Shown piece by piece: positions 24,520 to 35,099 of a stretch of 40,983 nt of DNA. A program made the position numbers and the translations under genes. Below the pieces are notes generated by a model that saw only the letters and a program-made list of their open reading frames with translations, was not told the DNA's origin and did not search any database. This DNA is from a bacterium (GTDB lineage: Bacteria > Cyanobacteriota > Vampirovibrionia > Obscuribacterales > JAKAZS01): the NCBI GenBank assembly GCA_021785395.1, contig JAJYFO010000002.1, forward strand, positions 1 through 40,983, given 5' to 3'. Numbering within the stretch: the stretch's first letter is position 1; the number at the start of each line of letters is the position of its first letter.

Positions 24520-24587
24520 CTATTGGGCTCCAGACAATTACTTTATTCAATAATTATAAGTCGAAAACAGTAAAAGTTTAAAGGAAA

Positions 24588-26030
24588 TTAAGAAAATTTG
24601 CTTTGTAAAATGGTGCCAGGCAATATCAACGGTTTGTTTAGTAAATGACTTTCAATACAGCGTTTTTGGGCAATTTCGCCTAGTAACCTGGCGCTTAGCC
24701 GCAAGTCGCGAATCTGGTTGGCGTAATTTATTCTAATTAGGCCAAACCTTGGTGTTAGACCAAGGTCCCATTCAAAATTGTCGATTAATGACCAGTATAA
24801 GTAACTTCTAATATCGACACCTGTTTTAATAGCCTCATGAACAACTTTTAAATGGGAAAGTATATATTCACAGCGGTTGTGGTCGGTTAGTGACCAATCG
24901 CCTGAATCATTATCAGCTGTATGATTTTCCGGATATCCGTTTTCGGTGATATACACGGGCACTGTCTGGTTGTTTTTAAGCTTCAAGTAGGGTTTTATTT
25001 CAGTCGTTAAAATCTGGTACAAAGCTTCTGGAGCCAATTGCCAGCCTAGGCAATTAGTCTTGGTGTTTTTCTTTAAAACTATATCGCCAAATATATTGTA
25101 AGGGTTGGCAAGCGAGTATTGGCAGGTATCTTGTGTGTAAAAATTGATCCCTAGGTAGTCAAGCGTGTTTTCTATATTCGGTATATAGCCCTGTAAATTA
25201 GCTATATTTCGGTCAAAACAAATTTCTCGGGGAAAACTTAAGTGACCTGATTTCAAAGCATTCATAAAACCTTTGTTGAAAACCTCGTCTCGAAGCCCAC
25301 ATACATAATGGTCGAGGGGATTAAATTGATTATAGGGTTTAAATAGTCGCCAGTGCTTCGACAGACTAATATCAAAAGGTCTTATTGATTTTAAGTTATG
25401 ATAGGCTAGACCATGGCCTTTAAGAAGGTTTTTCATTGCCCGAAAGGCCATGTAGTAGTCATTCGTAAGACCTGGTGGCCAATTGCCTGAAATGAAACTA
25501 TGGTAAACGTAAACCATAGGTTCATTAATGGTGATTATATAATCGATTTCGTCTTTAAATGTTTCACCTACTAATTTGGCGAAAAGGGCAAATTGCGTTA
25601 CCGTCAATTCGTTAGTCCAGCCACCAATATTAGCTAAATAACTTGGTAGTGTGAAATGAAATAGGGTTACAAAATTAGTAAGGCCATATTGTTTTAAAAG
25701 CCTAAAAATATTTTTGTAAAAATCTACAGCTTCTGGGTTTAATTTAGGTGCTAAAGACAAATTGTCGGGTGGGTTAGGGCACAAATAAGCCCAATTTAAA
25801 CTAAAGCGAAACGCTTTTAAATTTAGTTTATAGGCTAATTCTATATCTTGGGCGTAAGCAAGGCTAAAGGCCGATCCTGGATATGGACTCGTAGAGTCTT
25901 TGATTTTGTTGTTCTGTTTGGTCCAAATAGACCAGTCGGACAAATTGCGCTGAAATTCAAGGTCGATACCTTCTACTTGAAAATGTGACGTAGATGAGCC
26001 AAATAAAAAATTTTCAGGAAAATGCAACAT
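24588..26030 (-). CDS. Glycoside hydrolase family 1 beta-glucosidase
   Basis: FPENFLFGSSTSHFQVEG N-terminus, TINEP acid/base motif and YITENGY nucleophile motif. Confidence 0.9.
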   Translation of the reverse strand: MLHFPENFLFGSSTSHFQVEGIDLEFQRNLSDWSIWTKQNNKIKDSTSPYPGSAFSLAYAQDIELAYKLNLKAFRFSLNWAYLCPNPPDNLSLAPKLNPEAVDFYKNIFRLLKQYGLTNFVTLFHFTLPSYLANIGGWTNELTVTQFALFAKLVGETFKDEIDYIITINEPMVYVYHSFISGNWPPGLTNDYYMAFRAMKNLLKGHGLAYHNLKSIRPFDISLSKHWRLFKPYNQFNPLDHYVCGLRDEVFNKGFMNALKSGHLSFPREICFDRNIANLQGYIPNIENTLDYLGINFYTQDTCQYSLANPYNIFGDIVLKKNTKTNCLGWQLAPEALYQILTTEIKPYLKLKNNQTVPVYITENGYPENHTADNDSGDWSLTDHNRCEYILSHLKVVHEAIKTGVDIRSYLYWSLIDNFEWDLGLTPRFGLIRINYANQIRDLRLSARLLGEIAQKRCIESHLLNKPLILPGTILQSKFS

Positions 26031-26135
26031 AGGCGAAATTGAATAAAAATAGACCTCACACTCTCATTAAATCTTAAAAATTCAGTTCTGGCTAGGTTTT
26101 GGATGGTTTTTTTAATAATATTAAAAAAAATTAAT

Positions 26136-27263
26136 CTAATTTTTTTTAATATATTTTTTTCCAGAATCTGTAAAGCCATGAATGACGGTATCGTTGCCAA
26201 GATTATAAGTTTCTTGCGGGGTAAATTTAACTAAGCTATCTATCGAACGGTTAGAAATCCTGTTTAGAGAGTTGACAGCCAAATTATCATTAAAAAAGAT
26301 AGGTGCTAGGATCCAGTATATCTCATCGATTAGATTTTCTTCCATTAGGCTGGCAGCTAGTCTAGAACCACCTTCGCAAAGAATATAGTTTTGTTCGAGC
26401 TTCTTTAATTCTGCCATCACGGCTTTTAAATTTAATTGATTAGATTCTTCATCACTTGATATAGCCCTGAATTCGACGTTATTAAGTTTGGGTGTTTCAA
26501 TTTTGATTCGCTCATTATAAAATACCACGCTATGGCTTGGTTCGCTCAAGAGCTCGTATTTGGCTAGCGTTTTTAATTGAGGGTCGAGTATAACTCGCCA
26601 GGGTTGTCTTTTGCTACCTGTTAATCTGACATTAAGCTTGCTTTCGTCTTTTAAAAAAGTTTTAGCGCCTACCATAACTGCGCCACTTTGAGCTCTTAGC
26701 TGATGGACGAGCAATTGTGCTTTGGGGCCACTTAGATATTTGCTGTCCTCTTTATAGTCGGCAATTTTTCCATCTAGGCTAACAGCCATTTTTAAAGTTA
26801 ACCAAGGATAATCGCTACTTATATACTTAAAAAATCCTCGGTTTAAATAAGTGCACTCATCTTTTAAAATATCGGTAATAACCTCAATATTATGGTCTTT
26901 TAAAATTTTTAAACCTTGCCCTTTAACTTTTGGGTTGGGGTCTAAACAGCCAATAACTACTTTTTTGATCCCAGCTTTTATAATGGCTTCGGCACAAGGA
27001 CCGGTTCGTCCCTCGTGGCAGCAGGGCTCAAGGTTAACATAAAGGGTAGAACCATTGGTGGAAGTCTTACAGTTGCTTAAAGCCGTAATTTCAGCGTGGG
27101 GACCACCCAGGTAATCGTGGTAGCCTTGGGCAATGATTCGCTGCTGGTTGTCAACAATAATGGCTCCAACTAAAGGATTTGGGATCGTTGAAGACCCCCC
27201 TAAACTAGCAAGTTTAAGGACTTCTTTCATGATGTCTTCATGTAACATGTTTATAACAGACAA
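26136..27263 (-). CDS. ribD: Bifunctional riboflavin biosynthesis protein RibD (deaminase/reductase)
   Basis: HAEITAL and LEPCCHEGRTGPC zinc deaminase motifs plus a C-terminal RibD_C reductase domain. Starts 1 nt after the pfk stop. Confidence 0.93.
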   Translation of the reverse strand: MSVINMLHEDIMKEVLKLASLGGSSTIPNPLVGAIIVDNQQRIIAQGYHDYLGGPHAEITALSNCKTSTNGSTLYVNLEPCCHEGRTGPCAEAIIKAGIKKVVIGCLDPNPKVKGQGLKILKDHNIEVITDILKDECTYLNRGFFKYISSDYPWLTLKMAVSLDGKIADYKEDSKYLSGPKAQLLVHQLRAQSGAVMVGAKTFLKDESKLNVRLTGSKRQPWRVILDPQLKTLAKYELLSEPSHSVVFYNERIKIETPKLNNVEFRAISSDEESNQLNLKAVMAELKKLEQNYILCEGGSRLAASLMEENLIDEIYWILAPIFFNDNLAVNSLNRISNRSIDSLVKFTPQETYNLGNDTVIHGFTDSGKKYIKKN

Positions 27264-27264
27264 A

Positions 27265-28293
27265 TTAACCGAAAAATACGGTAGATAAATCGTACAAATT
27301 CATGTCTAAGGTTTTAAGCGAATCAACGGCGTCTTTAATACTTACTGCTTTAATCTCGTTTCCACTTAAGGCGACCATGTGTCCGAATTTTTTTTCATGG
27401 ACTAGGTCGCAGGCTTTAACCCCGAAACGTGTAGCCAAAACCCTGTCAAAGGCCGTTGGACTTCCACCGCGCTGTAGGTGACCTAAAACCATGGTGCGTG
27501 TTTCATAACCGGTTTCTTTTTCGATAATTTTTGATAACTGTTCGCCAATGCCACCTAGTTTCACGTGGCCAAATGAGTCTAATTCTGTATCTTTTAATAT
27601 TTCATTATTGTCGAATTTGGCTCCTTCGGCTACTACAACTATTGAAAAATCCTTGCCGCGGGTGTGACGAGTTTTTATAGCTTTGACAATTTCACTGACA
27701 TTAATTGGTTTTTCTGGTACCAATATAAAATCGGCTCCACCAGCTATACCACCGTAACAGGCGATCCAGCCAGCATGGCGCCCCATTACTTCACAGACTA
27801 GAACACGGTTATGTGATTCAGCTGTGGTATGAAGCCTATCCAAGGCTTCGGTTACGATGTTGACGGCTGTATCAAAGCCAAAAGTAAAATCGGTGGCGTT
27901 AAGGTCATTGTCAATAGTTTTGGGCACACAGACAACGGTTAAATTGTGTTCGTTGAACATTTTATAGGCTACACCGCAGGTATCCTCGCCACCTATGGCG
28001 ATTAATGCATCAAGGTTATTGGCCTCCATATTTTTTAAAATTTGGCTAGGTCCATTGGCTAATTTAAACGGATTCGTCCGGCTAGTGCGCAAAATGGTTC
28101 CACCTTTACGAATCAACCCGCTTGTAGAAGAGAGGGTTAAAGGCATATACATATTTTCAACGATGCCTTTCCAACCTTCAAAAAATCCGATAACTTCAGA
28201 CTTATAATTTTTAATTGCTTGTCTGACAACTGCTCTGATAACAGCATTTAAACCAGGACAATCCCCACCACCGGTTAATATTCCAAGACGCAT
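27265..28293 (-). CDS. pfkA: 6-phosphofructokinase (PfkA family; residue signature suggests a PPi-dependent type)
   Basis: GILTGGGDCPGLNAVIR, IGGEDT, PKTIDNDL and MGRHAGW motifs. ATG 28293 (MRLGILTGGG) has GGAG 9 nt upstream. The GTG at 28308 used by the ORF track is less likely. Confidence 0.92.
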   Translation of the reverse strand: MRLGILTGGGDCPGLNAVIRAVVRQAIKNYKSEVIGFFEGWKGIVENMYMPLTLSSTSGLIRKGGTILRTSRTNPFKLANGPSQILKNMEANNLDALIAIGGEDTCGVAYKMFNEHNLTVVCVPKTIDNDLNATDFTFGFDTAVNIVTEALDRLHTTAESHNRVLVCEVMGRHAGWIACYGGIAGGADFILVPEKPINVSEIVKAIKTRHTRGKDFSIVVVAEGAKFDNNEILKDTELDSFGHVKLGGIGEQLSKIIEKETGYETRTMVLGHLQRGGSPTAFDRVLATRFGVKACDLVHEKKFGHMVALSGNEIKAVSIKDAVDSLKTLDMNLYDLSTVFFG

Positions 28294-28547
28294 ATGTTTG
28301 AGCTCCACAAAAATTGAACTATTTCCACAACGTTAATTATTTATAACTTGCGGTCGAAAATCAATTGATTGTAAATTGAAAATTTTAAAAAAAATCATTT
28401 TGTTACATAATCTTTAGCTTCAGGTTTGCGAAAATTAATTTATTGATTAATTTTTGCGGTAAGCCTTTAAACTTATGCGAAGATAGAACCTATAGTTGTT
28501 GATTGGTAAATCAAAAATTGTTTTTTTGCGTTTTGGAGGACATACAA

Positions 28548-29654
28548 TTGAATTTATACGAATTTGAAGCTAAGACCATATTTGCCCAATTTGGCATTCC
28601 CGTGCCTCCCTCTAAGCTTGTCAATAATCCTAAGGACTTGAGCAAAGTTTTTTTGGGCTACCCGTTAACGCTGAAATGTCAAGTGTTGACCGGTGGTCGT
28701 GGTAAAGCTGGGGGAATTAAATTTGCCAATTCTTTTGTCGAAGCCCAAAAATTAACCCAAGACCTCCTAAACTTAGAGATTAAAGGCTGTAAAACGATGA
28801 GTGTTTTGGTCGAGCCTAAGCTTAGTATTACTCATGAATATTATTTGTCAGTAACTCTAGATAGGGAATTGGGCGTACCTGTTTTTATAGCTACTAAAGA
28901 TGGTGGGGTTGAAGTTGAGTCGGCTAAAAATGTGGTTAAATTACCTATTACTTATCCATATTCAGCTTTTTTGTCTAGATTGCTAGCCTACAAAATTGGT
29001 CTAAGAGGGGAAGTATTAAACAAATTTGCCAATATCGCCGATAGGCTTTATAAACTTTTTATTGAACGTGACCTTGACTTAGCTGAAATAAATCCTCTAG
29101 TTGAAATTGAGGGCAATGAATTGTTGGCTTTAGACGGTAAAATAGTCGTCAATGACGATAGCCTGATGCGCCAGCCGTATTTTCAGGGTTGGCTGGAAAG
29201 TCATTTGGTGGATTTGCCACCAGTTGAAAGACAGGCTAAATTGCACGGTGTTAACCTGGTTGAATTAGACGGTGATATAGGTATTTTGTGTAATGGCGCT
29301 GGTCTTACCATGGCTACAATGGACATGGTGGCAGAATTTGGTGGCAAACCGGCTAATTTCTTAGACGCTGGTGGTGGGTCTGACCAGGCTAAGACTTTGG
29401 CGGCTCTTGAACTGGTAAATCAGAATCCCAAGGTAAAGGTAATACTTTTGAATATCTTAGGCGGTATTACAGCCTGCGACGACGTTGCCAACGCTCTCGT
29501 TGATTTCGTAAAAATGCATAAAAACGTCAAACTAGTGGTAAGGCTGCGTGGTAATAACCAGGATAAGGCCAAGGAAATTTTGAGTAATTATAACGTTAAA
29601 TTGATACCTGACTTAGAAGAAGCCGTAAAAGAAGCGGTTAAACTAGCCAGTTAA
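28548..29654 (+). CDS. sucC: Succinate--CoA ligase beta subunit
   Basis: (M)NLYEFEAKTIFAQFGIPVP and LKCQVLTGGRGKAGGIKF motifs. TTG 28548 has GGAGGA 7 nt upstream. The upstream extension to 28503 has no family counterpart. Confidence 0.92.
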   Translation: MNLYEFEAKTIFAQFGIPVPPSKLVNNPKDLSKVFLGYPLTLKCQVLTGGRGKAGGIKFANSFVEAQKLTQDLLNLEIKGCKTMSVLVEPKLSITHEYYLSVTLDRELGVPVFIATKDGGVEVESAKNVVKLPITYPYSAFLSRLLAYKIGLRGEVLNKFANIADRLYKLFIERDLDLAEINPLVEIEGNELLALDGKIVVNDDSLMRQPYFQGWLESHLVDLPPVERQAKLHGVNLVELDGDIGILCNGAGLTMATMDMVAEFGGKPANFLDAGGGSDQAKTLAALELVNQNPKVKVILLNILGGITACDDVANALVDFVKMHKNVKLVVRLRGNNQDKAKEILSNYNVKLIPDLEEAVKEAVKLAS

Positions 29655-29683
29655 TGTAATTAATCTATAAGGAGTGTAAACAA

Positions 29684-30565
29684 GTGATTTTAGTTAATAA
29701 AGATACAAAAGTTGTCGTACAGGGTATTACCGGTAAAATGGGACAGACTCATACTAAACGTATGCTTGACTATGGAACGCAAATAGTAGCCGGTGTAACA
29801 CCCGGTCGCGGTGGACAAAGTGTGCATGGAATTCCGGTATTTGATACTGTAAGCGAAGCGGTCGAAAAAACCGGTGCTAATTGTTCCGTCGTTTTTGTGC
29901 CACCCTATTTAGCTTGCGATGCTGGCTTTGAGGCCGTTAACGCTGGGGTTAGCCTGTTGGTTGTAATAACCGAAGGTATACCGCCTAATGATACGTCTAA
30001 GCTAGTAAATTATGCTAATATGCATGAGGTGACTTTTATAGGGCCCAATTGCCCTGGTGTCGTTTCACCAGGGCATAGTCTAATAGGCATTATGCCTGGG
30101 TCAATTTTTAAAGAAGGTCGTGTTGGTATGGTCAGCAAAAGTGGAACGTTGACGTATGAAATTGCGCTTGCTTTGAGTGAGGCTAATCTTGGTCAATCTA
30201 CCTGTGTAGGAGTAGGTGGAGACCCTGTCAAAGGTATCGAATATCAGCCGGTTTTGAATTTGTTTGAAAACGATTCTAATACTGATGTTATAGTTTTAAT
30301 AGGTGAAATTGGCGGGAATGCTGAAGAAAAAGCGGCTAATTTTATCAAAGAGCATATCAAAAAACCTGTGGTCGGATTTATAGCTGGACAAACAGCACCA
30401 CCAGGTAAACGTATGGGGCATGCTGGAGCTATTATATCGCAAGGGTCTGGGACAGCTCAGTCTAAAATCGAAGCCTTCAATAAGGCTGGTATTAAAGTCG
30501 CTAAAACACCAACCCAGGTTGCAAAGCTTGTTGCTGAACTGATTAAACAGCCTATCCGTAAATAA
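29684..30565 (+). CDS. sucD: Succinate--CoA ligase alpha subunit
   Basis: VVVQGITGKMG, SKSGTLTYE and MGHAGAII (phosphohistidine) motifs. GTG start with AAGGAG 9 nt upstream. Confidence 0.95.
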   Translation: MILVNKDTKVVVQGITGKMGQTHTKRMLDYGTQIVAGVTPGRGGQSVHGIPVFDTVSEAVEKTGANCSVVFVPPYLACDAGFEAVNAGVSLLVVITEGIPPNDTSKLVNYANMHEVTFIGPNCPGVVSPGHSLIGIMPGSIFKEGRVGMVSKSGTLTYEIALALSEANLGQSTCVGVGGDPVKGIEYQPVLNLFENDSNTDVIVLIGEIGGNAEEKAANFIKEHIKKPVVGFIAGQTAPPGKRMGHAGAIISQGSGTAQSKIEAFNKAGIKVAKTPTQVAKLVAELIKQPIRK

Positions 30566-30584
30566 ATTATTAGTTGGATAAATA

Positions 30585-31586
30585 ATGAATATTTTAATTC
30601 TCGGAGCTGGTGCCTGGGGTAGCACTTTGGCTTACGTCTTTAGTCAAAGCGGTAAAAACGTCACTTTGTGGTCGCATAACCCCAACAAACTAGACGCCAT
30701 TGATAGTAATAGTTTTTACATAAAAGACCATAAAATCAGCTTTAACCAGAACCTAAAGACTGAAAAAAATCTTGTTAGGGGCATAATTAACAATCAAATA
30801 ATCATTTTCTGTTCAACTTCCCAGACCCTTAGAAGTTTAAGTAATAGCGTTAATGAATGTTTTAAGGCTGAGAAACTCAACGTTAGTGAATACTATTTGA
30901 TTAGTGGTGTAAAGGGGCTTGAGCTTTCAAGCTTTCTTACCATGTCGCAAATATTAAACGAGGTATTTAACATTGAAAACGCCAGCGTCATATCAGGGCC
31001 AAATTTAGCCTTGGAAATATTGTCCAATTTGCCTTGTGCCAGTGTAATCGCCTGTAAAGACGATGAAAAATTAAATATTCTCCAGCACAATTTGACTTGT
31101 CGAAACTTAAGGCTTTATGCTAACAATGATATTATCGGGGTTGAAATTGGTGCGGCCTATAAAAATGTTATTGCTATTGCCTGTGGTATCTGTGACGGAC
31201 TTAATCTGGGTTATAATGCTAAAGCTTCCCTTTTAACCAGAGGCATCAAAGAAATGGCCAGGGTAGTCGAGCTTTTTGGCGGTCAAAAACAAACTGTTTA
31301 TGGCTTATCTGGTTTAGGAGACCTCATCGCTACCTCATCAGCACCATTGTCGAGAAATTATAGCCTTGGTTATTATCTGGCTAATGATATGCCAATAGCA
31401 CAGGTTGAAAAAAAATTAGACGCACAAATTGAAGGAATCCCGACTAGCTATGCCATAATGGAGTATACCAGGCTCAATAATATCGATTTACCCATTACGA
31501 CCCAAGTCTATAATGTTTTAACTAAGCAAAAAAGCCCGACAGACGCTATTAAGGCTTTGATGACAAGACCCTTGGTCAAAGAATAG
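30585..31586 (+). CDS. gpsA: NAD(P)H-dependent glycerol-3-phosphate dehydrogenase
   Basis: ILGAGAWGSTLA Rossmann motif and GAAYKNVIAIACG. Confidence 0.9.
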   Translation: MNILILGAGAWGSTLAYVFSQSGKNVTLWSHNPNKLDAIDSNSFYIKDHKISFNQNLKTEKNLVRGIINNQIIIFCSTSQTLRSLSNSVNECFKAEKLNVSEYYLISGVKGLELSSFLTMSQILNEVFNIENASVISGPNLALEILSNLPCASVIACKDDEKLNILQHNLTCRNLRLYANNDIIGVEIGAAYKNVIAIACGICDGLNLGYNAKASLLTRGIKEMARVVELFGGQKQTVYGLSGLGDLIATSSAPLSRNYSLGYYLANDMPIAQVEKKLDAQIEGIPTSYAIMEYTRLNNIDLPITTQVYNVLTKQKSPTDAIKALMTRPLVKE

Positions 31587-31587
31587 G

Positions 31588-32628
31588 TTAAAAATATTTA
31601 AGAACATTATTACTAGGTATATTCCATTTTGGCTTTTGGTCAAGATAATTATCGCTAGCTGATTTAAAAGACTGATAAGCTAAGTCTGGTTTTTGTAAAC
31701 TTAAATAAATTATACTATTATATAAATCGCATATATAGCTGGGTTTTTGGGGTAGCATTTTTACCAATTCTAAAGCGTGCTTGAACTGTTTTATAAATAT
31801 CGCATAGTTAATTGCTTCGGTAATTAGGTCGATTTCACCTTGGCTGGCTTTAGCATCGTCAATCAAAGCTTTTAGGACAAGTTTAGGTTGGCTGCCATCT
31901 GCTTTGAGTAATTCGACTATTTTGGGCGATAAAACGTAATTTTGTTCGTATATTTTCTTAAATTCGGCTAAGCCTTCTTTATTTTCATCTAACTTAGACT
32001 GAAGAAAAGTTAATAAGTATTCAACGTCTTTGTTATTGGGAAAAATTAAATTAGCTTTTTCCAGAATATCGAAAGCCTGTTTATAATTTTTTAGTTGTAT
32101 ATAATTACGGCTAAGCTCTACGTATAGATAGACACTTTTAACTTCTTTTGACAGAAATAAATTGTTGAATACGTTTAGGCTGTCTAAGTATTTTCCGCTT
32201 AAAAGTAACCCTTCACCGTAATACAAACGGATAAATTTATTATTAGGAGCTAATTTAACAGCTTCTAGCAATAGTTCTAGCCCCTTATCTTGGTTGCCGG
32301 TGGCAAAGAAAACTTGAGCGCTGGATAATAATATTTTTATATCGTATGGGTTAGACTTGAGCAGTTTATAGCATAAATCACTTGCGTTTAATACCTGATT
32401 GTCACGTAAAAGCTTGACTGCTTCCATATTATTTACAGATTCAAAAAGATTATTGGTGTTTAACTTTGGATCACGACTGTTCAATACACTAAAAGGGGTA
32501 ATAAAAGCTGGTATTTTAGTATCATCCTTAGGTAAAGTTAGGGTGAACAAAATTATAAACAAAGCCGAAACTGAAGTTTCGACCAGTAAGGGTATTTTTA
32601 CAAAGGATAAATTCACGGATTTATTCAT
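31588..32628 (-). CDS. TPR-repeat protein with N-terminal membrane anchor
   Basis: Hydrophobic segment VSALFIILFTLTL. Repeated 34-aa A/Y/L patterns (LLSSAQVFFATGNQDKGLELLLEAVKLAPNN and others). 4-nt overlap with holB. Confidence 0.6.
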   Translation of the reverse strand: MNKSVNLSFVKIPLLVETSVSALFIILFTLTLPKDDTKIPAFITPFSVLNSRDPKLNTNNLFESVNNMEAVKLLRDNQVLNASDLCYKLLKSNPYDIKILLSSAQVFFATGNQDKGLELLLEAVKLAPNNKFIRLYYGEGLLLSGKYLDSLNVFNNLFLSKEVKSVYLYVELSRNYIQLKNYKQAFDILEKANLIFPNNKDVEYLLTFLQSKLDENKEGLAEFKKIYEQNYVLSPKIVELLKADGSQPKLVLKALIDDAKASQGEIDLITEAINYAIFIKQFKHALELVKMLPQKPSYICDLYNSIIYLSLQKPDLAYQSFKSASDNYLDQKPKWNIPSNNVLKYF

Positions 32629-33524
32629 TTCCCAATTATCAAATATTTTTCAGCCATTATAAACCAGTTTTTGACAAACCATTGCCATGAAGACATTGTG
32701 TTTACATAGTTATTATTGTACTCTAAATGTTTTATCACTAAATCTTGAAAAGCATTTAAATAAGAAAATTTATTCTGAAATAGCTTAAATTGGTTATCTG
32801 TAATTTGTTTATGAAGCAATTTAAAATTGACAACTTTGCTTTCATCGTCTAGAAGTTTTACAAAATTTAGTTTTTCTCTATCATGTATCTTAAAGTTTAC
32901 TTTAATCATTTTGTTTATAAATTCGGTGATTTTGGGGTTTAATTCGTAGTCTAAGTTTTCTTGGGCTGGATTGTTGATATAGCACACTTGACATCGACTT
33001 TTTAAAGTCGGTAAGATTTCAAATTCTTGGCTGCTACACAATAGGAATAAAACTTTTACTTTAGGCTCTTCAATAGTTTTAAGCAGGCAGTTGCCACTGG
33101 GGCGGTGCAGAACTTCGCTGTCAGCGTTTTCAAAAAAGACTACTCTGTAAAATGAAGATGTCATAGTTAAATCTTCGTTAAGCTCACGGATTCTGTCTAC
33201 TTTTATTTTTGTTTCATTTTCGTTAAGCTTAATAACCGATAGGCATTTGGGGTGATTTAGACTTTTTAACCACTGGCAGTTGCGGCAATAATTTAACTGG
33301 CTTTGGTCTAACTCAGCCTGTTTCAGGCAATGCCCGCAGGTAAGCGCGTTTGAATTGCTGCAGTTCAAAAGCATGGCTAATTCGCAAGCCAGGTTAAGTT
33401 TATCGCTAGTATTTGAACCAACAAGGAAATAAGCTTGCGATAGTCGGTTTTGGGCTATGGCCTGGGAGAAAAAAGTGGTTAGATGACTTTGTGAATTTAT
33501 AAGTTTTGATGTAAAGAGATTCAT
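32625..33524 (-). CDS. holB: DNA polymerase III delta-prime subunit
   Basis: LSQAYFLVGSN..LACELAMLLNC, a Cys-rich zinc module (CGHC..CRNC), LLKTIEEP and TLKSRCQ motifs. The degenerate P-loop is typical of delta-prime. Confidence 0.75.
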   Translation of the reverse strand: MNLFTSKLINSQSHLTTFFSQAIAQNRLSQAYFLVGSNTSDKLNLACELAMLLNCSNSNALTCGHCLKQAELDQSQLNYCRNCQWLKSLNHPKCLSVIKLNENETKIKVDRIRELNEDLTMTSSFYRVVFFENADSEVLHRPSGNCLLKTIEEPKVKVLFLLCSSQEFEILPTLKSRCQVCYINNPAQENLDYELNPKITEFINKMIKVNFKIHDREKLNFVKLLDDESKVVNFKLLHKQITDNQFKLFQNKFSYLNAFQDLVIKHLEYNNNYVNTMSSWQWFVKNWFIMAEKYLIIGK

Positions 33525-33688
33525 TTCCGGACGGATAAAAAATTAGTTCTATAAAACTAGTTTACTAAATATACTTAAAATTTGACATAATCGCCGTAAT
33601 TATCTTAAACTATTAGTTATCTAATAATTATGTATAACTTGTGCGACTGAAGTATTATATTTTATTTAGTTGTTTTTTTTATTCTTGA

Positions 33689-35032
<1,344 letters not shown>

Positions 35033-35099
35033 TGGCAATTTTAAATTAGTAATTTCTAAAATTAAGGCTTAACTGTTTAAGGTACATAATTAATAATTC

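Noticed and set aside
26107-26129. A 10-bp A/T-only inverted repeat (tttttttaat / attaaaaaaa) just after the ribD stop, considered as a terminator
   Set aside because: The stem is entirely A/T and would be very weak. Such palindromes are expected by chance in poly-A/T intergenic DNA.
28503-28547. Upstream extension of sucC. Similar over-extensions: 5429..5476 for the Spy-like gene and 28294..28308 for pfk
   Set aside because: Family-conserved N-termini (MNLYE.., a signal peptide, MRLGILTGGG) begin at downstream starts that have properly spaced SD motifs. The extensions have no counterpart in these families.
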